Shown in pieces: positions 38,980 through 47,521 of a stretch of 64,000 nt of DNA. Numbering within the stretch: position 1 is the first letter of the stretch; each line of letters begins with the position of its first letter. The notes under the pieces are model-generated. The model was not told the origin of the DNA, ran no database searches, and saw only the letters and a list, made by a program, of their open reading frames with translations. Both the position numbers and the translations under genes were made by a program. Source of the stretch: an uncultured Bacilli bacterium (GTDB lineage: Bacteria; Bacillota_I; Bacilli_A; ML615J-28; CAG-313); contig CALVCV010000001.1 in the NCBI GenBank assembly GCA_944326155.1, positions 121,184 through 185,183 on the forward strand, written 5' to 3'.

Positions 38980-41022
38980 TTAATATTTAAAAACGATAAT
39001 TCCAGGTTTATCAATTACATAAGTTTGTACTTCTTCATCAACTATTTTTGTTCCATCAAATACTAATCTACTACCAGGTGCTAAAATTTTTATATGTTTT
39101 TCATAGTCATTGCTAATAATCATTTTATATATATCTTTATCATTACCAAAAAACCATAATTGAGGTAATTCAAAAGAAGTATCTAATTTAATATATTTTT
39201 CAACATCTAAATTATTACTACAAGATAAAGCAAATATTCTACTTCTTAGCAGTAGTAAATCTTCTAATATTTTGCTTAAATTAGGATTATGATCCCATAT
39301 GATACCATTAATTTCATCACTTGCATTATAAGAATTATCAATAAATTTTTTAGTTCTTAATAATTCTTGGCCAGCATGAATAAAAGGTATACCACAAGAT
39401 AATAAAACCATTCCTAAAGCTAATTTTAAGTAATCTAAAATTTCTTCGGTTGAAAAATTGGGCCTTTTTAATCTAATTAAATCATATAAAGTGTAATTAT
39501 CATGACATTCGACATAATTAATTGATTGGTTAGTAGACAAAAAAGCTTTATTATTATAACGAGCCGTTAAAAGATTGAAAATTTCAATTTGATTTAATTT
39601 TTCACCTATTAAATAACCACTACTATTATCAATGCCTCTTAATTTATTTCTAAAATAATCATTAAAGAACGAAATAGATGGTAATTTATCAAAATTATTT
39701 AGATTTGCTCTTTTGTTTTCATCCAAAACAACATCCATATTCCATCCTTCACCATAAAGCATCGTCTTAGGATTAATCTTTTTCGTATGATCTACAATTA
39801 GTTTCATTGTATCAATATCAATTAAGCCCATTAGATCAAAACGAAAGCCATCAATCTTATAAAATTTTTGATAATACTCTATAGTATCTAAAATTAATTT
39901 TCGTACCATTAAATGTTCAGTACATAAATCATTCCCACACCAAGATGAATTGGTCAAATAACCATATGCGTTGGTTCTAAAAGTATATCCTGGAACTAAT
40001 TTTTCAAATGGAAACCACTTATTATCATATACATGATTAAAAACTACATCCATATTAACTCCCATGCCAATTTTATGAATCGTATCAATTAAAACTTTAA
40101 GCTCATTGATTCTTTCATAAGGATCATTGGGATTTTTACTAAAAAAACCACTGGGCACCATATATTGCATGGGATTATAGCCCCAATTGTATAAAAAACC
40201 ATCTTTTTTTTCATCACGAATATTTTCATCGACACCACCAAAAGCAAAAATCGGTAATAATTGAAGATGCGTAAATGGCATTTTTTTAATATATCCTAAA
40301 CCATAGGTGGAATTTAGCGAATCTATTAAGGCATCATATGTTCCTTTATTTTGTGAAGTAGTTAGTGATGTTGCATCTCTAATATTCAGTTCATAAATAC
40401 ATGCATTTAATTCATCATCATTTAATTTTCGATAATAATCATGTTTCATCACGTAAGTTTGTTTTTTATCAATTACATAATTGAATTCATTATTAGCATT
40501 TGATGAAATAGCATAAGGATCTAACGTTTCATCAAAAGTTTGATTAACTCTAAATTTATAATAATATTTACAACCTTCTAAATCTTTATGAATGGTAACT
40601 TCCCATAAACCTTTTTGTTGATAAATCAATTGATAACTAATTTGATCAATAATAACCGATATTTCTTTTATAACAGGCGACCATATTCTAAAAATCGTTT
40701 TTTCTTTACTATATTTAAAGCCAAGCCAATCATCAAAATAATATTTCTTATCAAAATTGTGTGATCTGGTGATTTTGCCTAATTGTAAAAATTCGCTTCC
40801 GATATTTTGAATTTCAATGTATGTATCAATATTAGGTTCTAATTCCTCTAAACTTTTTAAATATACATGCTGATAAGAATCTTTAATTTCCAAACGTTGA
40901 ATAATTAATGGTATTTTTTTGTCTAAAACTTTTGCATAAATCAATTTACCACTAATATTCATATTATTAGAAATAATAATTTTAACATCATTAAAGTCTT
41001 CTAAATATGCGGAAAAAATCAT
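38980..41022 (-). CDS. type I pullulanase-like glycoside hydrolase (GH13)
   Basis: 680 aa. N-terminal CBM-like region. GH13 catalytic motifs GFRFDLMG, EGWNM, YVECHDN. Confidence 0.8.
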   Translation of the reverse strand: MIFSAYLEDFNDVKIIISNNMNISGKLIYAKVLDKKIPLIIQRLEIKDSYQHVYLKSLEELEPNIDTYIEIQNIGSEFLQLGKITRSHNFDKKYYFDDWLGFKYSKEKTIFRIWSPVIKEISVIIDQISYQLIYQQKGLWEVTIHKDLEGCKYYYKFRVNQTFDETLDPYAISSNANNEFNYVIDKKQTYVMKHDYYRKLNDDELNACIYELNIRDATSLTTSQNKGTYDALIDSLNSTYGLGYIKKMPFTHLQLLPIFAFGGVDENIRDEKKDGFLYNWGYNPMQYMVPSGFFSKNPNDPYERINELKVLIDTIHKIGMGVNMDVVFNHVYDNKWFPFEKLVPGYTFRTNAYGYLTNSSWCGNDLCTEHLMVRKLILDTIEYYQKFYKIDGFRFDLMGLIDIDTMKLIVDHTKKINPKTMLYGEGWNMDVVLDENKRANLNNFDKLPSISFFNDYFRNKLRGIDNSSGYLIGEKLNQIEIFNLLTARYNNKAFLSTNQSINYVECHDNYTLYDLIRLKRPNFSTEEILDYLKLALGMVLLSCGIPFIHAGQELLRTKKFIDNSYNASDEINGIIWDHNPNLSKILEDLLLLRSRIFALSCSNNLDVEKYIKLDTSFELPQLWFFGNDKDIYKMIISNDYEKHIKILAPGSRLVFDGTKIVDEEVQTYVIDKPGIIVFKY

Positions 41023-41038
41023 CTTTCATCCTCCCTAT

Positions 41039-41599
41039 TTATTCGTCAATATTAGAATCATCATAACTTTTTTTATTACTTTCAATCACAATTAATGTGC
41101 CAATTCCCACACAAGCCGTAGTAAGTAAGGCAAAAAATATTGAAATCGTCCAATTTACTTCTTCTTTTAACCATCTTCCTGCAGGTATATAAAATTTTTT
41201 ATCATTTTTTTCATAATTATCTACATTTATATAACTAATTTCAAGTTCCAAAGTGCCAGTTTGCCAATTTTCAATCGTGTAATTAATTTGATAATAATGT
41301 TTGTGTTTATCATTTTCATTATCGACTTGATGATAATATTCAATATTTGAAAAAATTTGTTCAATATCGGCAATTTTAGAAGTAATTGCTGTGATAATAA
41401 TTTCTTTTTCGGTACTCCAGCTTAAAGATAATTCAACTTTTAATTTTCCATGCTCACGAATTTTAGCTGTTTCAAATTCAAAATTTTCAAATTCTACATC
41501 ATCTTCTATAGCAAACACCTCATTTGATGATTTGCAACAAATACAACAACAAATCGTTAAAACTAATAATAATAATGCTATTTTATTTATTTTTGTCAT
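41039..41599 (-). CDS. membrane-anchored protein with an N-terminal Cys cluster (CCCICC) and a C-terminal TM helix
   Basis: 186 aa. Signal-like N-terminus LLLLVLTICCCICCKSS. C-terminal TM segment ISIFFALLTTACVGIGTLIVI. Confidence 0.4.
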   Translation of the reverse strand: MTKINKIALLLLVLTICCCICCKSSNEVFAIEDDVEFENFEFETAKIREHGKLKVELSLSWSTEKEIIITAITSKIADIEQIFSNIEYYHQVDNENDKHKHYYQINYTIENWQTGTLELEISYINVDNYEKNDKKFYIPAGRWLKEEVNWTISIFFALLTTACVGIGTLIVIESNKKSYDDSNIDE

Positions 41600-42045
41600 T
41601 AACGATCACGCTCCTTAAAATTTTTTAAGTATTTATTCAAGGAAGCATTACTAATTTTAACTCTCAAAACGGAAATTAAAACAATAATAACAAGACCAAT
41701 TACTAAAAACATAATAGTCGCGATAAATAATTTAACATTATAAATTAAGTCATAAAAATAAAGCAAATAACCTGTTATTAAAATAATGGCTGATAAAAAT
41801 AAATAGATTACAATAACTTGAACAACAATCGAAATTTTATTTATTTGCAAAAACCCCAATAAAAACAAACTAGCAACTGATGAAATAATAGCAAAAATGA
41901 TTAAATTCTTACCAAAACTAATATCTTGATAAATATACTCCGAAATACTTGCAAAAATAATTGTAATAATGGCAAAAATTGTTAGGGTCATAACAAAATA
42001 ATTGGTAACAAGACTTTTTATTGGTAGTTTTTTCTTCTGTTTCAT
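41599..42045 (-). CDS. small polytopic membrane protein (candidate LytTR-system membrane partner)
   Basis: 148 aa, about 4 TM. Lies 13 nt downstream of the LytTR gene. Confidence 0.45.
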   Translation of the reverse strand: MKQKKKLPIKSLVTNYFVMTLTIFAIITIIFASISEYIYQDISFGKNLIIFAIISSVASLFLLGFLQINKISIVVQVIVIYLFLSAIILITGYLLYFYDLIYNVKLFIATIMFLVIGLVIIVLISVLRVKISNASLNKYLKNFKERDR

Positions 42046-42057
42046 TATTTTATTCTC

Positions 42058-42495
42058 CTATCCATTTAATTTTTGCTTAAAAGCTCTTGCATATACTCGA
42101 GTAATAATCATACGCTCATTGTTTATTAGTACAGCACTAATTCTTCCATTAACAAGAGTACTAACTTTTTCAATTTTATTGATATTTAAAATAATAGTTC
42201 TTGCAACTTGTATAAAAGATGTTCTAGCCAATATCTTAGTTAATTCTTGAAGTTTATAATTTACTTCATAGACATTTTTTTCTACATATGCAAAGACGCG
42301 ATTTTCCACAGCTTCAAAATAAAAAATATCGTCTAGGTTTAAAACATACGTTTCGCCATCCAATTTTCCATTAATCGTAATATAGCTTGTACGGATATAA
42401 TTACTAATTTTATGGATTTTATCATCTATTTTTTTACATTTAATGAAAATTTCTGTTTCTTCTAAATTTGAAACTTCATCAATTTGTAATTTCAT
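42058..42495 (-). CDS. LytTR-family DNA-binding protein (stand-alone, no receiver domain)
   Basis: 145 aa. LytTR-like pattern in KISNYIRTSYITINGK...FIQVARTIILNINKIEKV. Confidence 0.65.
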   Translation of the reverse strand: MKLQIDEVSNLEETEIFIKCKKIDDKIHKISNYIRTSYITINGKLDGETYVLNLDDIFYFEAVENRVFAYVEKNVYEVNYKLQELTKILARTSFIQVARTIILNINKIEKVSTLVNGRISAVLINNERMIITRVYARAFKQKLNG

Positions 42496-42512
42496 AAGTC
42501 ACCTCGCTGCTT

Positions 42513-43337
42513 CTATTTAAAACGGTTGCGGTATGTGCATTTCTTACACAATTCAAAATAGGGCTTCCGATTATTAAAGCCTAAAAGAGCTTCTTGACAA
42601 GTTTTACTAGCAAGTAAAGTAGGTAAATCATTAGTTAATAAATTACCAATTTTCGTTTTTCCCTGATAATCAAGGCAACACAAACAAAGCGTACCATCAT
42701 TTAAAATAGCAAACTGTTTTTTTCCACCATAACAGTTTGTTAAAGTGGTATTATAACTATGTTCTAGGGAAGGCCAAGTAAATTCGTCTGCTTTTGAAAT
42801 ATTAATATTAATACTACTTTTTACTATAGGTTGATAAATTTGTAATACTTTTTGTGTTAACAATAAATTAGTCAAATAATTTTTATTATTCCATAATCTT
42901 AAATTTATAGCAATCAAATGTTCTTTTTTTGATCTTTTTTCTAAAAATTCATTTAAATGCTTAAAATACAAATCTTGCTCAGCTTCATCAAAATTAATTA
43001 AACACTGGAGAGAAATATTTAATTTTTGTAAATATTGATATTTTAAGAGTTGATTTTCATATTTATATAACAACACTCCATTGGTAGTGATACCAAAAGG
43101 AATTTTATGTACTTCACAATAATCTAATATTTTGATAAAATTAGGATGCAAGGTAGGTTCGCCTAAAACATGAAAATAAAGAATTTTAATATACTCATGA
43201 ATTTTATCAATAAGTTGTATAACCATTTCAAATGGCATAAATTTATGTTTTTTAACATTAGATGATGGACAAAAAGGACATTTTAAATTACATGCTGTAG
43301 TAATTTCTAAGTAGAAATTATATTTTCTTTTGTTCAT
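42513..43337 (-). CDS. radical SAM enzyme with a C-terminal Cys-rich (SPASM/twitch-like) extension
   Basis: 274 aa. CNLKCPFCP is the CxxxCxxC motif. C-terminal Cys pattern: C-x15-C-x-CC...C...C-x2-C. Confidence 0.8.
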   Translation of the reverse strand: MNKRKYNFYLEITTACNLKCPFCPSSNVKKHKFMPFEMVIQLIDKIHEYIKILYFHVLGEPTLHPNFIKILDYCEVHKIPFGITTNGVLLYKYENQLLKYQYLQKLNISLQCLINFDEAEQDLYFKHLNEFLEKRSKKEHLIAINLRLWNNKNYLTNLLLTQKVLQIYQPIVKSSININISKADEFTWPSLEHSYNTTLTNCYGGKKQFAILNDGTLCLCCLDYQGKTKIGNLLTNDLPTLLASKTCQEALLGFNNRKPYFELCKKCTYRNRFK

Positions 43338-43894
43338 TTGTCAATTTCTTCAAATTCCGCATCAATAAAACTATTACCATTTGCTTGTTCCTCTTGCTTT
43401 TTAAAATGATTATTCGAAATAAATAGTAAAATAAATCCGTATGCTATAATCAAAATAGATATAATACGTAAAACCCACATACCTATATTTTCAATACCAC
43501 AAAAAATTAGCATTAAAGAAATAATGATTTTATATATTGCAATGCTAAATAAATCTTTTATTTTTTTAGTAAAAATTGCCATCAAAATTGTATAAAGCAA
43601 AAAACAAATACCTAAAATTAATGATACTAATCTCGATGAAAAAAACAATATAAATATACCAAAAATTATTTTAATAATACCATCATATAAATAGTTTTGA
43701 TGAAATGAAAAATTTATTTTCTTAATATTTATATGAATATATATAATGATACCACCAATAATGATTAAGCAAATTCCTAATATTTTTACAATTGCGTTGA
43801 TGATTGCGTCTCCAAAAGGCCATACAATGAGTGCAAAAATGGTACCTAAAATAATATAATACATACCAATCATAGATTTTTTATTCATAAACAT
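43334..43894 (-). CDS. polytopic membrane protein
   Basis: 186 aa, 5-6 TM. 4-nt overlap with the radical SAM gene. Confidence 0.5.
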   Translation of the reverse strand: MFMNKKSMIGMYYIILGTIFALIVWPFGDAIINAIVKILGICLIIIGGIIIYIHINIKKINFSFHQNYLYDGIIKIIFGIFILFFSSRLVSLILGICFLLYTILMAIFTKKIKDLFSIAIYKIIISLMLIFCGIENIGMWVLRIISILIIAYGFILLFISNNHFKKQEEQANGNSFIDAEFEEIDK

Positions 43895-43904
43895 ACGTTA
43901 ATCC

Positions 43905-44243
43905 TTATATAGTAGTTTTAGCAAAAAGTTTCAAATTTTTATTTGGCATAACTGACTCATTAAATAAAGTCATACATTCTTCATCTAAATACCAAGTATC
44001 TATATCTTGATAAGAATAAGAAAGAATTATATCTTTTTGTTTATAATATTTTGTATAGACTAGTTTTCCATCTACATAATAACGAATACGAAACTTTTTA
44101 AAAAAAATTAAGTATGCAATTAAGATAAACCATGGTAAAATGCCTAAAGTAAGCAAAATAATTTGAAAAGCATACCAATTTTTGCCTAATTCGTCAGCGG
44201 GAACATTTTCTAGTAATAAAAAAAAGCATCGAATATTAAACAT
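43905..44243 (-). CDS. small single-pass membrane protein
   Basis: 112 aa. One TM helix (FQIILLTLGILPWFILIAYLIFF) and a Tyr/Lys-rich C-terminal domain. Confidence 0.4.
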   Translation of the reverse strand: MFNIRCFFLLLENVPADELGKNWYAFQIILLTLGILPWFILIAYLIFFKKFRIRYYVDGKLVYTKYYKQKDIILSYSYQDIDTWYLDEECMTLFNESVMPNKNLKLFAKTTI

Positions 44244-44964
44244 TATTTGTCTCCTTTAATTCTAAAATACGATATTTCCATTTTTTATTCAATATAGTTA
44301 AATATTTTTTTGATGTTAATAGTATTAATTTTTGATACACAAAAAGCAAATCATTTTTTGCTCCTTCATCTAAAAGTTTTTGATATACTTTTTCCATATG
44401 AAGAGCTACTAATCGGTAGTAATAATATGCATTAATTGGTTTATTTAAATTATAAAAAGCATTAGCTAAAAACAATTTAGATAAAACTATAAATTTTAAA
44501 TCTTCATTGGTTTTGGTCTTTTTATATAATTGTTTTGCCTTATGTAACATTTTTTTACTAGTTATAACAATATAATTGCCATCATTATTATCAAACATCA
44601 AATTAATCGTTTTGATATACCAATCAATTAAATATCTTAATTCATCCATGCTAGAATTAATTTCTGATGAATCTTGCAAAATACCAATAATTTTTTGATA
44701 CCAACGTTGAACTAAATCTTTTCTTGAATTATTCACATAATACTCACTTATTTTTTGATAACATTCTATCACTTTTAGGCGATCTTTATGAGAAAAGGTG
44801 TGGCGATATAGATTTTCAGCAATTCTACAAGTTTTTAAATATAACTTTTCAGCTTCAATCATGTTTCCATTTAGTTCAAAATTATTTGCTTGTTGCAAGA
44901 TTTCAGAAAGCTTTATTCTTTTTTCATTGTTTGTTAATTCTTTTTTGTCAATTTTAGTTTCCAT
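44236..44964 (-). CDS. soluble all-helical (TPR-like) protein, first gene of the operon
   Basis: 242 aa. AAAGGG RBS. Overlaps the next gene by 8 nt. Confidence 0.4.
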   Translation of the reverse strand: METKIDKKELTNNEKRIKLSEILQQANNFELNGNMIEAEKLYLKTCRIAENLYRHTFSHKDRLKVIECYQKISEYYVNNSRKDLVQRWYQKIIGILQDSSEINSSMDELRYLIDWYIKTINLMFDNNDGNYIVITSKKMLHKAKQLYKKTKTNEDLKFIVLSKLFLANAFYNLNKPINAYYYYRLVALHMEKVYQKLLDEGAKNDLLFVYQKLILLTSKKYLTILNKKWKYRILELKETNNV

Positions 44965-45234
44965 TTTTACTACCCTTTCTAATTAATTATATCATTTATT
45001 CATATTTTTTTCAATTTATTTATCAATAATTAAATAAAAAAGTATTTAACTAAACAATTTACTCCTGTTTTTGATAGTGTTTTTTCTACTATTTGCAAAA
45101 AATCTTATAAATTACATCCATATTTTTAACCATCTTTTATTTTTTTATGATAACTCTAATGCAAGTTAGAAAAAATAATTATATAACTTTGCCTATATCT
45201 AAACTTTTTATCTTTTTACGAAACTATTTTTTTC

Positions 45235-45264
45235 ATTATACACTTATTTTTCACTATTTGTAAA
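45235..45264 (-). promoter_or_regulatory. strong sigma-A promoter driving the 44964..41039 operon, with an upstream duplicate element
   Basis: Minus strand TTTACA (rc of 45259..45264), 18-nt spacer, TATAAT (rc of 45235..45240). A 20/23-nt near-copy of the -35/spacer element (TTTGCAAATAGTAGAAAAA) recurs at 45081..45106. Confidence 0.5.
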
Positions 45265-45460
45265 AATTTTTAATCTAAATAATTCTTTTTCAATGCTAGC
45301 ATAAAATTATTACTTAAAATATAAATCACAATACTACTTTTGTTATTGTATGTCAATACTTTTATATAAAACAAAAAGAAAAGCGCTCATAGATGACCCA
45401 AATATTGGTATTCTATTATCGCTTTTTCTTTTTGCTTTTATAAGCCTTATCAAATTTTAT

Positions 45461-45895
45461 CTAGTGGATTTGTTCACTAAAATTATTTTCATTTAAAATT
45501 ACTATTCCATTTTTATATAATAAATCAGCTGTAATTCCATTCCCACCTACTAAATTTGAAGAGAAAGTTCCATCATATATTTTGCCAAATCCACAAGAAG
45601 GACTATTGCTTTTTAAAATGGCAATTTCACATTGATTCTCATTGGCAATATCCAATGCACGAAGCGCACCTTTTATAAAATTTTTGGTAACATCAAGATT
45701 ATTTTTAGTAATAACCTTATTTTGTCTTACTTCGCTTGGTACTCTAGGAGTTTTTAATCCACCCAAAACTTCAGGACATATCGGTATGAGATGATAGTTT
45801 TTTTCTAAATTCTTAACACTAGGACATAGATTATTTTTACCATTATATTTACAATTAATACCTAATAAACAACTGCTCACTAAAATATTCATCAA
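45461..45895 (-). CDS. DUF523-family protein
   Basis: 144 aa. N-terminal ILVSSCLLGINCKYNGKNN matches the DUF523 signature. Confidence 0.65.
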   Translation of the reverse strand: MMNILVSSCLLGINCKYNGKNNLCPSVKNLEKNYHLIPICPEVLGGLKTPRVPSEVRQNKVITKNNLDVTKNFIKGALRALDIANENQCEIAILKSNSPSCGFGKIYDGTFSSNLVGGNGITADLLYKNGIVILNENNFSEQIH

Positions 45896-45902
45896 AATCT
45901 CC

Positions 45903-46568
45903 TTAATTATTATTTTTAACTATAGGTGAATAGTTTCCTAACATAGTATGATCTAAGTTATCTTTGGCAAGACAAAGTTGCATTTGATATTGTAAAATAT
46001 CTCTTTTATAGTCTTCCATTCCAAAATTATCATATAGATATTTTGCATAATCATAAGCTTCTTCAAACATCGAAATTCTACGATATAAGTCAACAATAAT
46101 TAATCTAATATTTTGATTATCTTCGTCCTTTAGTGATAATTCCAAAAAATGAATTGCTTTACTGCGCGTTTTTAAAGCAGTAGTTGTATCTTTGCTATCG
46201 TCAGCCATCCAACTTGCTCTTAGATAACTCATACCAGCTTTTTTAGCATCCCTTTTTTCTAATAATAAAGCAATTAACATAAATTTTTTTAATGCAAAAT
46301 TAATATTAGCATTGTTTAATATAAGTTGATAATGTTCATCATCAAGTTCACTCTTTTGAAAATCAATTAATATTTGACGAATATCATAATTGGTGTATCC
46401 ACATTTTGGACATTTTTCAACCATCAAATGCATGAAAGTTCTAGCTATTCCTGGAGGTCTTGTATCTAAATCACGCATGCCAAAAGTTTCATCATTATAT
46501 AATTTTTGATAATGATAGTTATACCCACAAACTGCACATTTCTTTTCAATATTTTTAATAGTATTCAT
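45903..46568 (-). CDS. zinc-ribbon + TPR-like protein (DUF2225-like)
   Basis: 221 aa. N-terminal CAVCG...CPKCG zinc ribbon, helical repeat C-terminus. Confidence 0.45.
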   Translation of the reverse strand: MNTIKNIEKKCAVCGYNYHYQKLYNDETFGMRDLDTRPPGIARTFMHLMVEKCPKCGYTNYDIRQILIDFQKSELDDEHYQLILNNANINFALKKFMLIALLLEKRDAKKAGMSYLRASWMADDSKDTTTALKTRSKAIHFLELSLKDEDNQNIRLIIVDLYRRISMFEEAYDYAKYLYDNFGMEDYKRDILQYQMQLCLAKDNLDHTMLGNYSPIVKNNN

Positions 46569-46575
46569 TTTTTTA

Positions 46576-47511
46576 CTATCTTAAATCCAAAATCGGTTTC
46601 AATAAAGGAGCAATTTCCGTAATTGAAATTGGATCTAAGATTCCTTCTTCTTCTTGATATTCTTGGGAATATTCAAATGACATCTTTGCAACAATATGAA
46701 CCCAAGATTTATTCTTGAGTTTTAAACCTAAGGTTTTTGTACATAAATGGCCATATAATTGTACATCATTTGCGCAACAAGTCATAGCATATCTTCCTGC
46801 AATAAAACTATTTTTTGGTAACTTTCTAGATATGGTAACCATTGCATTAAATTCAATAATGCGATTTTCATACCTTTTAGGATTTTCAAAAGTATCAATA
46901 TACCAACGACCATAATCTTCATCTTTGATTTGAATAATTTCAGCATTTAAATCATATGGAAGTGGTTCTTCAAAAGCTTGCTGTATAATTCCCTCACTAT
47001 TCATTATCATAAATTGTGCATTACTATTCATCAATTTTAGACTAGTTTGGTATGGAGCCAATTTTGAAGAATCATCACACCGATTGAAAACTATTAAATC
47101 AGAAAGTGCTATCATATCTTTAAACTTTTGTCTTAAATTATTGTAGTATATTTCAAATGTTGAAGCATTAATAAAAGTAATCGATTGAGCTATTTGATAA
47201 CCATCAGGGAAAAAAACTTTATTCATATTCCACATACAATTCATCTCAAAAATTACTCTATCAGGTAAATATCGAGCAGCCAATTCACTTAAATATTCAG
47301 GCGTTAAATCTTCTTGAGAATCAATTTTTACTAAACTAGTATTATATTTTCTAGCAAATTCTTCGGCTAATTCTATTTCACCATCTTCACATTGAATGAC
47401 AAGAGTTCGACCATTTTTAGAAAATCCATCTTTTTCGATTGCGTCAATAATAAAAGTTGTTTTACCAGAATCCAAAAAACCATTAATTATAAAAATTGGT
47501 ATTTCCATCAT
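46576..47511 (-). CDS. COG0523 (CobW/G3E) GTPase paralogue lacking the CxCC motif
   Basis: 311 aa. Walker A GFLDSGKTT and a CobW C-terminal domain. No CxCC metal-binding motif. Confidence 0.75.
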   Translation of the reverse strand: MMEIPIFIINGFLDSGKTTFIIDAIEKDGFSKNGRTLVIQCEDGEIELAEEFARKYNTSLVKIDSQEDLTPEYLSELAARYLPDRVIFEMNCMWNMNKVFFPDGYQIAQSITFINASTFEIYYNNLRQKFKDMIALSDLIVFNRCDDSSKLAPYQTSLKLMNSNAQFMIMNSEGIIQQAFEEPLPYDLNAEIIQIKDEDYGRWYIDTFENPKRYENRIIEFNAMVTISRKLPKNSFIAGRYAMTCCANDVQLYGHLCTKTLGLKLKNKSWVHIVAKMSFEYSQEYQEEEGILDPISITEIAPLLKPILDLR

Positions 47512-47521
47512 TAGTTTTTAC

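Noticed and set aside
45147-45266. 39-aa plus-strand ORF (MITLMQVRKNNYITLPISKLFIFLRNYFFHYTLIFHYL) in the leader region upstream of the radical SAM/LytTR operon, considered as a precursor peptide.
   Set aside because: It is on the strand opposite to the operon, has no RBS, contains no Cys (a usual radical SAM/SPASM target), and overlaps the promoter elements. It is most likely a chance ORF in AT-rich DNA.
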